64,000 nucleotides of DNA from Octopus sinensis. Taxonomy: Eukaryota. Below the pieces are notes generated by a model. The model did no database searches and was not told the origin of the DNA. It saw only the letters and a program-made list of their open reading frames with translations. A program made the position numbers and the translations under genes. The stretch covers positions 153,202,001 to 153,266,000 of the forward strand of contig NC_042998.1 of NCBI RefSeq assembly GCF_006345805.1, written 5' to 3'. Position 1 is the first letter of the stretch; every line of letters starts with the position of its first letter. Of this stretch, positions 38,627-51,024 are shown in pieces.

Positions 38627-38736
38627 GGCGGCAAGCTGGCAGAATTGTTAGTACACTGGATGAAATGCTTTGTGGTATTTCACCCGTCACTACATTCTAA
38701 GTTCAAATTCTGCTGAGGTCGACTTTGCCTTTCATC
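38627..38736 (+). mobile_element. SINE family B, 5' portion
   Basis: ggcggcaagctggcagaa head. Confidence 0.7.
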
Positions 38737-39193
38737 AGTTAATTTTGATATTATTCAACATAATCCCCTCTCAGATTCACACACTTATTGCAGCGATCCT
38801 TCACCTTTTCTAACCCCTGTAAAAAAACTCAGAAGACTGGGCCTCCAACCAGGCCTTTCGCGATACCCTTCAAGCTAGGAACTTTTCAGTACTCCCTCAT
38901 ATTATCACTTAATTTTAACAATACCCTCTAGTACCAACCATAGTCACTTCTCACATGTGTTGCAGTCATATACTGAATACACAGAAGTGCCTACCAACTT
39001 GATTCAGTTATCTTTGTTGGGTACCTATTGACATTTTGCATGTAATTTTTGGGATTGGATATATAAAGAAATGTGTTTGAAGATCTTAAACTGAAATAGT
39101 GCTGAATATGTAAGATACTTCCTTGTAAGATGAATTGTTTTCGTTGACAATTGTTATTAACGATAAATGCAAAACTTCTTTCTTTTCCAAAAG

Positions 39194-39275
39194 ATGGGCA
39201 AATCAAGGCTTGGAATTTCTTGTCTCTGTTTGTGACCCTAAAATAATGGAATTACTTCCAGAAAGTGAAATTTCA
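39194..39275 (+). CDS. MAP3K4: MAP3K4 coding exon ((T)WANQGLEFLVSVCDPKIMELLPESEIS)
   Basis: ccaaaag acceptor, gtaagt donor, 82 bp. Completes the phase-2 codon of the previous exon and matches MEKK4 WATQGFDFL. Confidence 0.93.
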
Positions 39276-40400
39276 GTAAGTTTTCTTCCAACCTATTGGA
39301 ACTTTTTTTTTCTTTATTCTTTAACATGGAGTTTGAATTTTGAGATAATTGCATGCATGTGCTCCATTTTTGAAATTTGATCACCCTACTTACCATCAAC
39401 ATTGAAGTCAAAATGGTATCAATTTTCAAAACAAAATTTTGTAAACTAGGATATTATGGTTTAACGTAGTAGTATAGTTTGAAACTATGTTATATTACTT
39501 TTCTGTCTTCTTTAATCTTTTCTTAACACCTAACACACTTCAATATTTGGAAACGATGATGTGGGTTTGATTAATATTTTAGTTATTTTGAGTAACAGTT
39601 AAAGTTTTGTTGTTGAATAGTACCAGTGAGCTCAACTTTAGCTGACTTGTCATATTGTGGTAGCAGACTGAATACTTTGGAGTAACTAAGCACACCAGAA
39701 ATATAACATAGACTACGTGTGTGAATAAATTTTCAGTGTTTGATCAGCATGCTAATTATAGCTATCCTATCTTTATTCATTGAGAGAATTTGTGATAAGC
39801 ATTTGTGAGTTCAAATATTGTCATCATTTCAAAAACAGACAGATCGTAGAATGGCTAGATTAAGCTTCCTTGCTGAGTTGAAAAATAGAGACACTTATAC
39901 AAGTGCATATGTTCTATTATAACTCACTTTTTCTCTGTCTACTGTTCTGTTGTTTTCTTATCTCTTTACCACTATCCATAACCTCTAACATCATCCAGAA
40001 GAGTTATATAATATAATGATACTGAAAATTTTAAAAGAACAATAAACTCAGTGAGTTCTTTTCAGGCAAACTCTATGCTCCTTGATTTCAATTTCTGAAC
40101 CCTGCATGAATAATGCGAGATAACTTTTAAGTCAGCAACTTGATTGAACACAGCATCCTTGAATGTTGAGCATATCTCCTGAAGAATGCTTTGAATTACA
40201 GCAGTTTTTTAAAATAATTCCAGTGTTCTCTAAGGCTGGAGTAGTACCTAGTTTTGGAGCCATCACACTCTGATGGAGTTCTCCATATATTCACAGTATG
40301 ATTGCATTGTTATTTGCAATATGAAAAATTTAATTAATGTGACACAGTATACCAACTACTCATTTCCTATTTATTCTTTTGTTGTTCATTCTTTTCTAAG

Positions 40401-40476
40401 GTTTTTATATCTGAAATCAAAAGTTGTTTGGATCATATAGTTGGACGAAGCAGTACAGTAAGAAGTCCCACTTCTG
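40401..40476 (+). CDS. MAP3K4: MAP3K4 coding exon (VFISEIKSCLDHIVGRSSTVRSPTS)
   Basis: tctaag acceptor, gtaagt donor, 76 bp. Matches MEKK4 MNECIGHVIGKPHSP. Confidence 0.85.
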
Positions 40477-42169
40477 GTAAGTTATTCAAAATATGCATAC
40501 ATTAAAGTTAAATAGAAAGTGTAAGCATATAAACGTGAAGGTTCTTCCACTACAAGTAATAAATCATCAAGCATTAAAAGAATGAAGATTGTAGTACTGA
40601 GTTGAAGTTGCAACAAATGCACCACTTTTCCTAATCACAAGGTTACCCCCAGCTTGTTGTCGGTGCACTCCCACCACTGAGTTATAGCCATCAGCTACAT
40701 CACCTCACACTTACCCTGCACTCACCCACCTGTTAATTGAAGTTCCATATCCTGCCACTTCACCAACCACCCCATCAACCACTAATTGAACAGTAGCATA
40801 CTCCAATTCCATGGTGGTAGAGAGGCTTGACAACTTTGGAAATGACTCATTTCAACCTGGAAAGACCAGGAATGTTGGTTTAGTGATACTAACTGATCCA
40901 AACTTTGCTGACAACATCACTTTTCTATCAAATGAAATCACAGATATCCAGATCATTCTGTCAAAAGGATTGGGCTACACCTCAGTGCCAAGAAAACAGA
41001 ATACATAGTCTCTACTATTCAGGATTGTTGAAGGTGTGCTGTTCAAGCAAGTTTCTTACTTAAAGAATCTTGCATCATTCATGGTGGAATCAAGGAGCAC
41101 AGAAGCTTCACATGAAAGGAATTCAATGATATGTACTGCAACCTCTTTAGACAACTCAAGAAAAGAACATTTATTTGGCAGTAGTCTCATCTGTCCTTCA
41201 AGAATTTAAAAGTTGGGATCATTATTAAGTTCATAATTAAGTTTCTTGATGACTGTTACATTCAGATGCTCAAGATAGATTCTCAATATTGGCTAAATGC
41301 GGAAAGTGATCAATGAATAATTTTAACCAACGAGAGGCAGGAAGATGGTTGTATCTTTGCAGACAAAGCCTGCAATACCCACAGTTGTCAGCTAGGTCAC
41401 CATCTGTGAGTCAGCCCATGAGGAGTTTTACCATAGCTGTCCTTCTGAAGCCAAGGGAGGACATTGGTTGTGTGTCTCCTGATGAACTTATAGCATTGAT
41501 GATGGAACACTATATGTGAGATGTTTACTATCTGATGCAAGCTGTTGTCCATTAATGAGTAGTTGTGATAGGCACAATGGAGTTGGTGGCAGCAATGAAG
41601 TTATAATAATTTATGAATATAATAGATTAACATTTTGAAAATTTTAGGACAATAAAAATAAGTAAAAAGTGAAAATTTTACCAGTGAGTGTGTTACATAA
41701 TAAGGCACAAAAAGAAAATGACTCTCCCCAGACACAACAGAATAGAGTAACACTTATCTATTTATTATAAATTCAGAAAACTCTTTAATAGGCATAATTT
41801 GAAGATTAGTTTTAGTCCCACCCCTAACTTTAAAAAATTTAAGCCCACAAATATACACTATCCAGCAAAGCTAGCTGTTCTTTTAGAAATAGAAATTTGT
41901 GCATACTGAGCAAATACTGTAAGTCTGAGTCAATAATATGCAAAGCATCTGTTAGAGGAACCAATGCAGACAGCACCATCTGCATACAGAAGACAACTTT
42001 AAAGTAAGATATAACAACCATACTACTACATTTAGAAACTGGAACCTATGTAACACCTCAAAGCTCTTCAGTTGTATATGGGATTTGAAAGAGAGGTACA
42101 CCAACTATTCCATCAACTGGAAGATACTAAAAAGAGGCAAGCTCAATGCTAAAAATAGTAGTTGAGGAT

Positions 42170-43858
42170 CCTTATCAACAGAGTCAATTATTTGCCGAGG
42201 CTTTTTCAACTATTTTCAAGCAAGATGATGGTCGTGAAACCCCTCCATTTGATAGATCGGTACCTCCAATGCTTCGATTGGTCATCACGCGGGACGAAGT
42301 CAAACGTGTTATTCAAGGCCTCGATGTCAACAAGGGTCACTGCCCTGACGGCATACACCCACGGGTTATCAAAGCGTTTGCTCTGGTCATCTGCAAGCCC
42401 TTAACACGACTATTCAATATGTCATTGGCGACGGGTGTTATACCTGCAGACTGGAGAACAGCGATAATCTGCCCAATTTTCAAGAAAGGGAGCCGCGAAG
42501 ACCCGCTTAACTACCGACCGGTTTCCCTTACATCAATAATCAGCAAGATGTTCGAAACCATCCTTAAGAAAAGTATGATGCTCCACCTCCTAAACACAGC
42601 CTCTGATTCCCAACACGGCTTCGTGCCGAAGAGATCATGCTTGACCAACTTACTAGTAATGGAAGAATTGGTGACGCGCATCCTCGATGATAGTGATGCT
42701 GTTGACATCGTTTTATTGGACTTTGCCAAAGCTTTTGACTCGGTAAACCACCGCCTACTACTTGTCAAGCTTCAAGCATATAGTTTCCATCCGGATATTG
42801 TACGATGGGTTGGTGCCTTCCTCTCAGATCGCTCCTTCCAAGTTCAAGTTAATGGTTCGCGGTCCGACGTCTCCAGTGCGAGCAGTGGCGTGCCTCAAGG
42901 TTCAGTGCTTGGGCCCTTGTTGTTCTTAGTCTTCATAAATGACTTGCCCAACGACCTCACGCAACACACCCTTCTATTTGCAGACGATATCAAACTGGTC
43001 GCTCCTCGCGGTAGTATAGAGGATCTTCGTCGATGCCTCCACCAAATTTGGAAGTGGTCTAACGATTGGGACCTGTGTCTGAACGTGTCAAAGTGCTGTC
43101 ATCTGCCTGTCGGCTCTACTCCTGCAACTCAACTTGATTTCGAGCCAGGTCGTCTGCTGCTGGAGAGGACCGATCAGGTAAAGGACCTGGGTATCTTGGT
43201 GGATTCCTCCTTTTCGCCTTCGGCCCAGTGCGTCCATGCTGCCAACAAAGCGCGCGGAATTCTGTTTTTGATTCGACGGTCATTCGGAATGCTCACAGCA
43301 ACCATATTCCTACCACTCTATGTCACGCTGGTGAGACCCATATTGGAGTATGGGATTCAAGCCTCTTCTCCTTATCTCCTCAAAGACATACAGCATCTCG
43401 AAAGAGTCCAGAGGCTGGCTACCCGCATGGTTCATGGTCTCAAAAATTTGTCCTACGAAGAAAGGCTGAGGATGCTCGACCTTTATTCTCTTGAAAAACG
43501 CCGCCGCCGTGGTGATCTCATTCTCGCCCACAACATCATAAGCGGGAAGTGTAACCTCTCGAAAGAGCTGTTCTTCACTCCTGCTCCGGAGCGTCGGCTG
43601 CGGGGTCATTCCGAAAAGCTCTACCTGCGACGATTTCATCTCAATCGAAGGAGAGGAGCTTTCTCCGTCCGGGTTGCAGATCCGTGGAACAAGCTGCCAG
43701 ACGAGATGGTGAAGATGCCGACGACCGCTTTGTTCAAGATGCCTGGACCTCAAGTGGCCTGAACTCTTTACATGAACACCACCCTGTACTTAACTCCATG
43801 TCCCCCTACATGGCCTTGCTATTTGCTTTTGACCCAAATTAACTAACTAACTAACTAA
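42170..43858 (+). mobile_element. young 5'-truncated CR1/L2-group LINE with open RT and (CTAA)n tail
   Basis: ORF 42146-43762 has NYRPVSLTS, LDFAKAFDSV, QGSVLGPLLF and FADD; CpG-rich; tail aactaactaactaactaa. The 5' boundary is approximate. Confidence 0.92.
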
Positions 43859-43984
43859 GTAGAAAGTGTGGGCTCTGTTATGCAGAAAGGTGGCTTATTC
43901 TTGAAAACTCATTGCACCCTAATACCTGTCTAAATGCCAAGCACCAAAGACAGTGGGTAGGGAAAAGAGAAACACCAGCAGCCC

Positions 43985-44290
43985 AGGCTAAGGAAGGTGT
44001 TGTTATCTGTTTGATGGGATATGACAGGTTTGGTCAACTTTGAACGTTTAAATCCAAACCAAACAATGACTAAGGAGATCTATTGTGAGCAGCTTAAGTT
44101 AGCACTAGAAGAAAAATGACTATCTTTGGTTTCACAACAAAAGGTGTTCTTCCATCAGAATAATGCTTGGCTACATACAGCGAGAATGACATTCCTAAGG
44201 CTGGAGGAGTTTGAATGGAAAACGATACCCCACCCACCATATTTGCCAGACATTGCCCAACTGATTATCATTTATTTAGATTAAAAAAGA
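43985..44290 (+). mobile_element. mariner transposase fragment
   Basis: GKVLLSV..HQNNAWLH..PHPPYLPDIA remnants. Confidence 0.7.
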
Positions 44291-44589
44291 ACTTTATCTT
44301 AATTTTGAAAAATAAAAGAAGTATAAAAAAAACTGCATCTTTAGTAGTGACTATTCCATTGATGGATTGTTTGACTAAGACTTGATTGTCAGTATATATT
44401 TACAATAAGAATCTATGGCTGATTCAGCAAAATGCTTATGTGAAAATTATAAAATAACAAAGATGGCTCTATGTAATATAAAACTAAAAAGGATAAAACT
44501 ATTCCTGGATGACTACATTATGCCATTGGTGACACCATCCATAAAGTAGAAGCTGCCATTTTGGAGGATTGCCACATAACTATTCAGCA

Positions 44590-45427
44590 ATAAGTCCAAG
44601 AGGTGAAGATAAGTGAAGGGTCTGTGGAAAAAAATCATTCACAACCATTTGCACATGCCAAAGTTGCCTGCATGATGGATTCTCCTGATACTCACACCCT
44701 TTCAGAAGCAAGAACAAGTCAATTGCTCCCAGGCTCTTTTGGCAATGTGCCAAGAAAATGAGGTGGATTTTTTCAGCAGACTTATCATACAGGATGAAAC
44801 ACAGGTCCATCACTATAATCCTGAGACTAAAGTCCAGTTGAAGCAATAGGAGCGTGATAACTCACCATCTCCAAAGAAGGCTCGTGTTCCACCCCCAGCG
44901 GGCAAGGTGATGCTCACAGTCTTTTGGGACCAGCGTGGAGTAGTGATGATGGATTTTCTGGCAAAGGGCACCACAATTAATGGGGCATATTGTACTTCTC
45001 TGTTGCAGAAATTGCATGTCACCATCAAAGCTGAGAGGCATGGCATGCTGACCAAAGGCACCAACCCAGTTCACAATGTGCATGCTGCCCAGATGAAAGC
45101 ACACTCCTGTGGCTATGAAATCCTTCCTCATCCTCCTTACTTTTCCAACCTCACACCATCTGATTTTCATCTCTTTCCATGAAGTCTTTTTTGAAGGGGA
45201 AGCACTTTTTGGAGGATGATGAACTTATTTCCGCAGTAAAGTCTTGGCTCCAGATGCAACCTACCGACTTCTACAGACAAGGTCTTCACAGCTACATAAA
45301 GCAATGGGAGAAGTGTGTCACCATTGGTAGTGTCTATGTAGAGAAGGACTAATAATTATGCCAAATTTCATTTATCCCAGTTCTTGGGAAGTGGGTCAGG
45401 GGAAATCTTTAATGAACACCCCTCATA
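44590..45427 (+). mobile_element. mariner relic, 3' half with TIR
   Basis: GKVMLTVFWD..HPPYFSNLTPSDFHLF; TIR-like ctttaatgaacacccctcata at the end. Confidence 0.85.
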
Positions 45428-45856
45428 ACTTTCAAGACAATGTGTTGACACTAAATAAACACTACTTCAAAGTATTTTAAAGTAATGCTTTAAATTACTT
45501 AACAATTTGTTTACATATCTGTGTATGTGATTTTTCTTGTATTTACTGTTTATCTATCTGTGGATGTGAATTTTTGTGTATACACAGATAATATATGTGT
45601 GAGTGTGGATGTAATGTATACAGTTTGAGTATTTATTTGTTATTTGTAGGTGTTTCGCTGTTTGCTTATACTTTGGTATATGGATACCTTGTCATAGCAT
45701 ACAATGAATTATTATCAGTCAGATTGTTGCCATTGCAAACCCTTGTCGTGGATTCAGAACTTTACATAAAATATTAATAAATTTTACTAGAATATACAAT
45801 CTAAACCATAATATATTAATTATCCAGGTGAATTCAAATCTGTTTTTCTTCACCAG

Positions 45857-45925
45857 GTTCAGCTACAAGTCCTGATGTTTATGGTTATACTAGATTTCCA
45901 TCAGTTGAAGAATCTCGTCCATCAG
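45857..45925 (+). CDS. MAP3K4: probable MAP3K4 coding exon (GSATSPDVYGYTRFPSVEESRPS)
   Basis: ttcttcaccag acceptor, gtttgt donor, 69 bp. Phase 1/1 fits the previous exon and the frame is open; it falls in a poorly conserved S/P-rich region. Confidence 0.7.
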
Positions 45926-47249
45926 GTTTGTTCAGATTTTTAAAAATTATATTGAATTTACTTATCGATTGTTCAGTTTAGTTTTGCAGTAAGTTGTCTG
46001 CTTTCTATTAACTTCAGAATGTCTTGTGTCATATTTTATGTCATGTATTTGATGTGATAATAAAAATATACCACCACTTAATTTTAATTATTTGCTAAAT
46101 GCCTTTTCTTGTATCTGAAGAGGAATGGCATTGCTTGTAGCTTATAAGGAAAAGGTAGGCATATCTCAGATCTGAAAGCTAGGTATTTAGGAAGATTGTG
46201 ATGGTTAACATGTGTATTGGAGTATTGCACTAGACATCAAATAACACATGATATTTAAAAGAGATAACGAAATATAGTATTTGGTATGCCATGAGTTTGG
46301 TAGACAAACACAATGGTAATGAAGAGATGTAACTGAAAATGGGTACAGAAAAATAAATTTGAAAAGTAGTCAGTTACAACTACAAGATAAGACAGAAATC
46401 AACTTTACAAGAGGCTGCTAAGATTTTTCATTGATAAAGGTGCAAGCATCTCTATATGGTTAAGTTATACAAGTATGGCTGTATGGTTAACAGGTACAGG
46501 TAAGGTTGAGGGGTTAAATTCATTTTACAACTATAAGGTTTTGGATTCAGTCCCACTGTATGGTATTTTGGGCCAGTGCTGTTTTGTACAGCCTCACTTT
46601 GACCAATGTGTTGATAGAAACTGTACAAAACCCACCAAATATGTATATGTGATTGAAGATATGCACATGTGCATCTGTGTAAATATTGACATTTTTACTT
46701 GTATGAAAAATCCCTGAACAAAAGATGGTCTTATTGACATTTCCTGACAACAAATCCCTGTCAACTGCACTTCTAAACCAGGTAAAAGTTAGTGACTGGA
46801 AGAACATCTAGTTGCAAAGCATTGCCTCAGTACTATGTACTTCTCAAGCATATGATACCATTGAAAAATGGACATAAACTGAAGAATATCATTTAATAAT
46901 CAGTTTCACAACTTTTAAATGTGAATTTTGGGGCCAGGATTTGTAGAATATCATATAATTGATATGAAATAAGTATGCTTAACATTGAAGTACTGCTCAT
47001 ATATATGTGTGCGTGTGTGTGTGTGCATAATAATAATATTAGGGAGTATAACTCCAAACTTACAGGGAAAAATTTAGTATTAAATCAAATTTCACAATAT
47101 AGATATATAAAATATAAAACCACTATTATGCAACTCAAACAGTGATAGACATAAACCAAAACATAAATAACAAATAATATATATTTTTATAAAACATATA
47201 TCTAGATCTCAAAAAGTATAAAAATGAATGATCAATATATAATAAGTAA

Positions 47250-47354
47250 AAAAACTACATACGTTTCATGACTACAATTAAATTCGAATTACAATTAAGT
47301 TTAAATTCAATTGAAATAAATTCAATTTAAAATTATAGTCAATCTTCAGGTTAA
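47250..47354 (-). ncRNA. minimal hammerhead motif in an AT-rich Penelope-like relic (~47036-48240)
   Basis: CTGAAGA at 47349-47343, 11-bp helix II, then GAAAC-GTAT-GTA. Confidence 0.65.
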
Positions 47355-48227
47355 TGATAATAGTTAAATAAATAAGCAAATAGAGTTAAACAATATTTAT
47401 TTAAAAAATAAATAAAATAATTTTTCTTATAGAAAAAACTCCATTAACTAAATTTGAATCTTAAAACATTAGGATTATTTCCTCCAACACATTTATTATG
47501 TTAAATATTTAATTTTTAAGGTAAAAAAAATAGATAGAAATATCTTTGAAGATATAATTTGGCTCAAAAAAACATAATAAACTTTCGAATATCTTTAACT
47601 CAGTTATACTCAGTTATATTTAATTACCAAATTATTTAACAAAATAATCACTATTAATATTTTTAGATTTAAGTTCACATCTAATAATTATAAAATAATA
47701 AATACATAAAAATAAGTATCTAAATTATAATCAACAAATATAGTAATTGAAAATCTAAAGTTTTCTCTATCTATAAATATATAAACATATAACCAAAAAT
47801 AAATTAGTCCATTATTACTTACATAAATATTATAAATATCTATAGAATATATTTATGAAATACAATTTAAAAATTGAAAAATCAAATTAAAAACGTATAA
47901 CCTATCTTTAAAGAAATCTTATTACTATTATCATCACTATTATCACCATTATCAAAAATATTTTTACGATCTATATACCACAGTAACTATCTAATATCTT
48001 AAAATTTACCTTCAGTTATGATAATTATATACTAATAATTAAATAAATGCACATATCTAAATTATCATTAACAACTAAAATAATTATAAATTCAAATTTA
48101 ACAATTAATAGTTATATAGAATACTATAAAATTTCTTAAATTTTATAAAAATATATATTATTTGTTATTTATGTTTTGGTTTATGTCTATCACTGTTTGA
48201 GTTGCATAATAGTGGTTTTATCTCTAA

Positions 48228-48271
<44 letters not shown>

Positions 48272-48691
48272 ATTAATATACCCTAAGTGCACCCTGGAAT
48301 TTCTGGAAGTTGATCCAGTGGGGAATCCAAAGTGTTGCTGATGACATCTGGTAGCTGTAAGTGGTGAACACACGACTTACACTGAAACAAGGTTTCCATG
48401 TTGCATTTAATGCATACTTTCTAAACCTTAATCTTTTAACTTTAAAATCAAATTACACACACGCACGCGCATGCGTGTGTGTGTATAAATCAATTAGAGC
48501 TTATGTTAGCCTCATGAAGGGATGGTGTCATCCGAAGAAATACTGGTTCAATATCTAATAATTTGGGAGGAATTGATTTCCTTAAAGTAACAGGTATATA
48601 ATTACCTGTAGCTTATTCTTATAAAAGAAGAGTACAAAAATGGAGATTGTGAAATTAATAAGAGTTTATTATCAACAACAAATTGAACATC

Positions 48692-48774
48692 ATCACTTAC
48701 AGCTGTTTCAATTATACACAGTAAATTAATTAAATATTAAGTTCATATTTCTAAGCATAATATCTTCAGAGGGA
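48692..48774 (-). ncRNA. minimal hammerhead motif in a Penelope-like relic (~48600-49030)
   Basis: CTGAAGA at 48769-48763, ATTATGC/GTATAAT helix II, then GAAAC-AGCT-GTA. Confidence 0.65.
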
Positions 48775-49289
48775 ATAAAAAATATACCAATAGATGTTTA
48801 TATGTTTGTTTATGGATTCATTATAGCAGACTGAGTGGTACTATTTATCATTTGTATCTTTATGTGTACAGGTGAGGGGTTTTCAGGTTGGTTGGAGGTA
48901 AGATAGAGTAGGTAAATAGAATTATAGTGACAGATGAATAAATTAAGTAGAGGTAGTTGAGGGAATATCAATATAAATAAGGTAAGGATGTAAAGTACAT
49001 TTATAAGTTGTAATTAAAGTTGAGAAAATTTGTATATATACAAGGCATATGCTTGTATATACATGCATACATACATTCATCTGTACATCCATATATATAC
49101 ATACACACACACACACAGACGTTCATATATATTTAGACACATATATACATTCACACACACACATATAATCACACATACATTGATACTCACTTATGTACAT
49201 ATACGCATATGTGTGAATACATTAATATGTGTGCACATTGACATATGTTTTCATGTATACATATACATAGATGTACACACATGTCGTCA

Positions 49290-49673
49290 TCGTCATGCCA
49301 CTCTGTTGGTTACAACGACGAGGATTCTAGTTGATCCAATCAACAGAACAACCTGCTCATGAAATTAGCATGCAAGTGGCTGAGCACTCCACAGACACAT
49401 GTACCCTTAACATAGTTATTGGGGAGATTCAGCATGACACAGAATGTGACAAGGCTGGCCCTTTGAAATACAGGTACAACAAACATGAAGAAAGAGTGAG
49501 AGAAAGTTGTGGTGAAAGAGTACAGCAGGGATCACCACCACCCCCTGCCGGAACCTCGTGGAGCTTTAGGTGTTTTCACTCAATAAACTCTCACAACGCC
49601 CGGTCTGGGAATCGAAACCACAATCCTACGACTGCGAGTCTGCTGCCCTAACCACTGGGCCATTGCACCTCCA
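49290..49673 (-). mobile_element. tRNA-derived SINE, family C
   Basis: Homologous to 29831-30207, with an intact B-box GGTTTCGATTCC. Confidence 0.85.
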
Positions 49674-50257
49674 CACACACATGTACATATATGTATGTGT
49701 GCGCAAGTGTGGATCTGTATGTGTGTATATATACACATATATGAGCACAGGGTTATAAACATATGCGCATGGGTGGGCAGGTACGCATGTGTATATATAT
49801 TTGTGTAAGTGCATACATATATACTTGTGCGCGTATGTGTGTACATGTGTGCGAGTCTGAGTGTATGGGTACATGCATGTGTGTTTGTACTAGTGCAAGT
49901 GTGTGCCTATATATGTGTGGGCTGGTGTATGCATAGATGTGTGTGTGCGTATCTGTGTGTGTGTACATGTATATGTGGGAGTATGTATATGTGCATATAT
50001 CTGTGTATATGTATGTGCATATATGTATGATTAAATTTAAATACACACACGTACACATAGACATATATTATTTTACATAGGAATTCAGACATAACAATTT
50101 AAGAGACCGTTGTGCAAATACGCTTCCCTAGAAACACTAGAGGGTAAGCAATAATTCAAAATTCCACTGACCAACCGTATTAAACTGGCCAATATAGGTC
50201 TGTTTCATATCATTCTTACAGGTGATGAGTTAAAAATTGTAAATATGTGTGTGTGTA

Positions 50258-50822
50258 TCTCTATATATATAAAACTGAGAATGTGTGTGCCTGTCTGTCT
50301 GTCTGTGTGTTTCCCTAAAACCTGAGAACTACACAACCAATTTCATTCAAATTTTACACATGCCTTACTTAGGGTCCATGTAGTTTCATGGGCAAAAAAA
50401 ATGTTCAACTTCTTACCTAGAGCGAGCTCATAGCAATATCATATCTTCTCCACTATTTCAGTATTACGTGTTAAAAGTGAAACAAAAACATTTCTCTATT
50501 TTATGCCAGATACTTTCACTGTAACAATAAAAATAATAATAACAATTGAATTATATGTAGTAAGTAATAATTAAAATCAAACTAAAGTATAATATAATTG
50601 TAACATAACAAAAGTAAAAATAGCAATTGGTAAAAAATTGCATCAATGACTTGAACTTGAATAAGTGGTTTCACATGAATGGAAATAATTTTAAAATAAA
50701 ATTAACGTGCAGGAATGGAATAGTCCAGATGGATAATAAAAAATTAAATTAAAGAAAAGACTATTGTCTATAAAGTATACAATGTAGAGAAAAAAGAAGA
50801 TTTGAACACCTGGAGGAAAGCA
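50258..50822 (+). mobile_element. possible Helitron/HINE-like repeat, left part; likely resumes at 61298 and hosts the Tx1-like insertions
   Basis: Starts TC-tctatatatataaaa followed by a (GTCT)n microsatellite, a Helitron/DINE-1-like 5' signature. No 3' hairpin-CTRR end confirmed. Confidence 0.4.
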
Positions 50823-51024
50823 ATTTTTTGCGTTATTAGTAAGTTGATATATTTTTGCTCTCGTACTATTATCTCTGTTATTATATACTGTTGGTCTACC
50901 TGTTTTGTCTATTGTTGTCTAACTGACGAAGTCAGCCTTCGTGCGAAGACTTCGCGTTGGTGTTCCCCCTCCGTGGGGGAAAACTACAATTAATTTGGAT
51001 TTACCAAAGGCTTGTTAAAGCCAT

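Noticed and set aside
50920-50960. CTGACGA in the Tx1-like 5' UTR as a hammerhead core
   Set aside because: No GAAA after the stem, and copy 2 has CTGTTGA.
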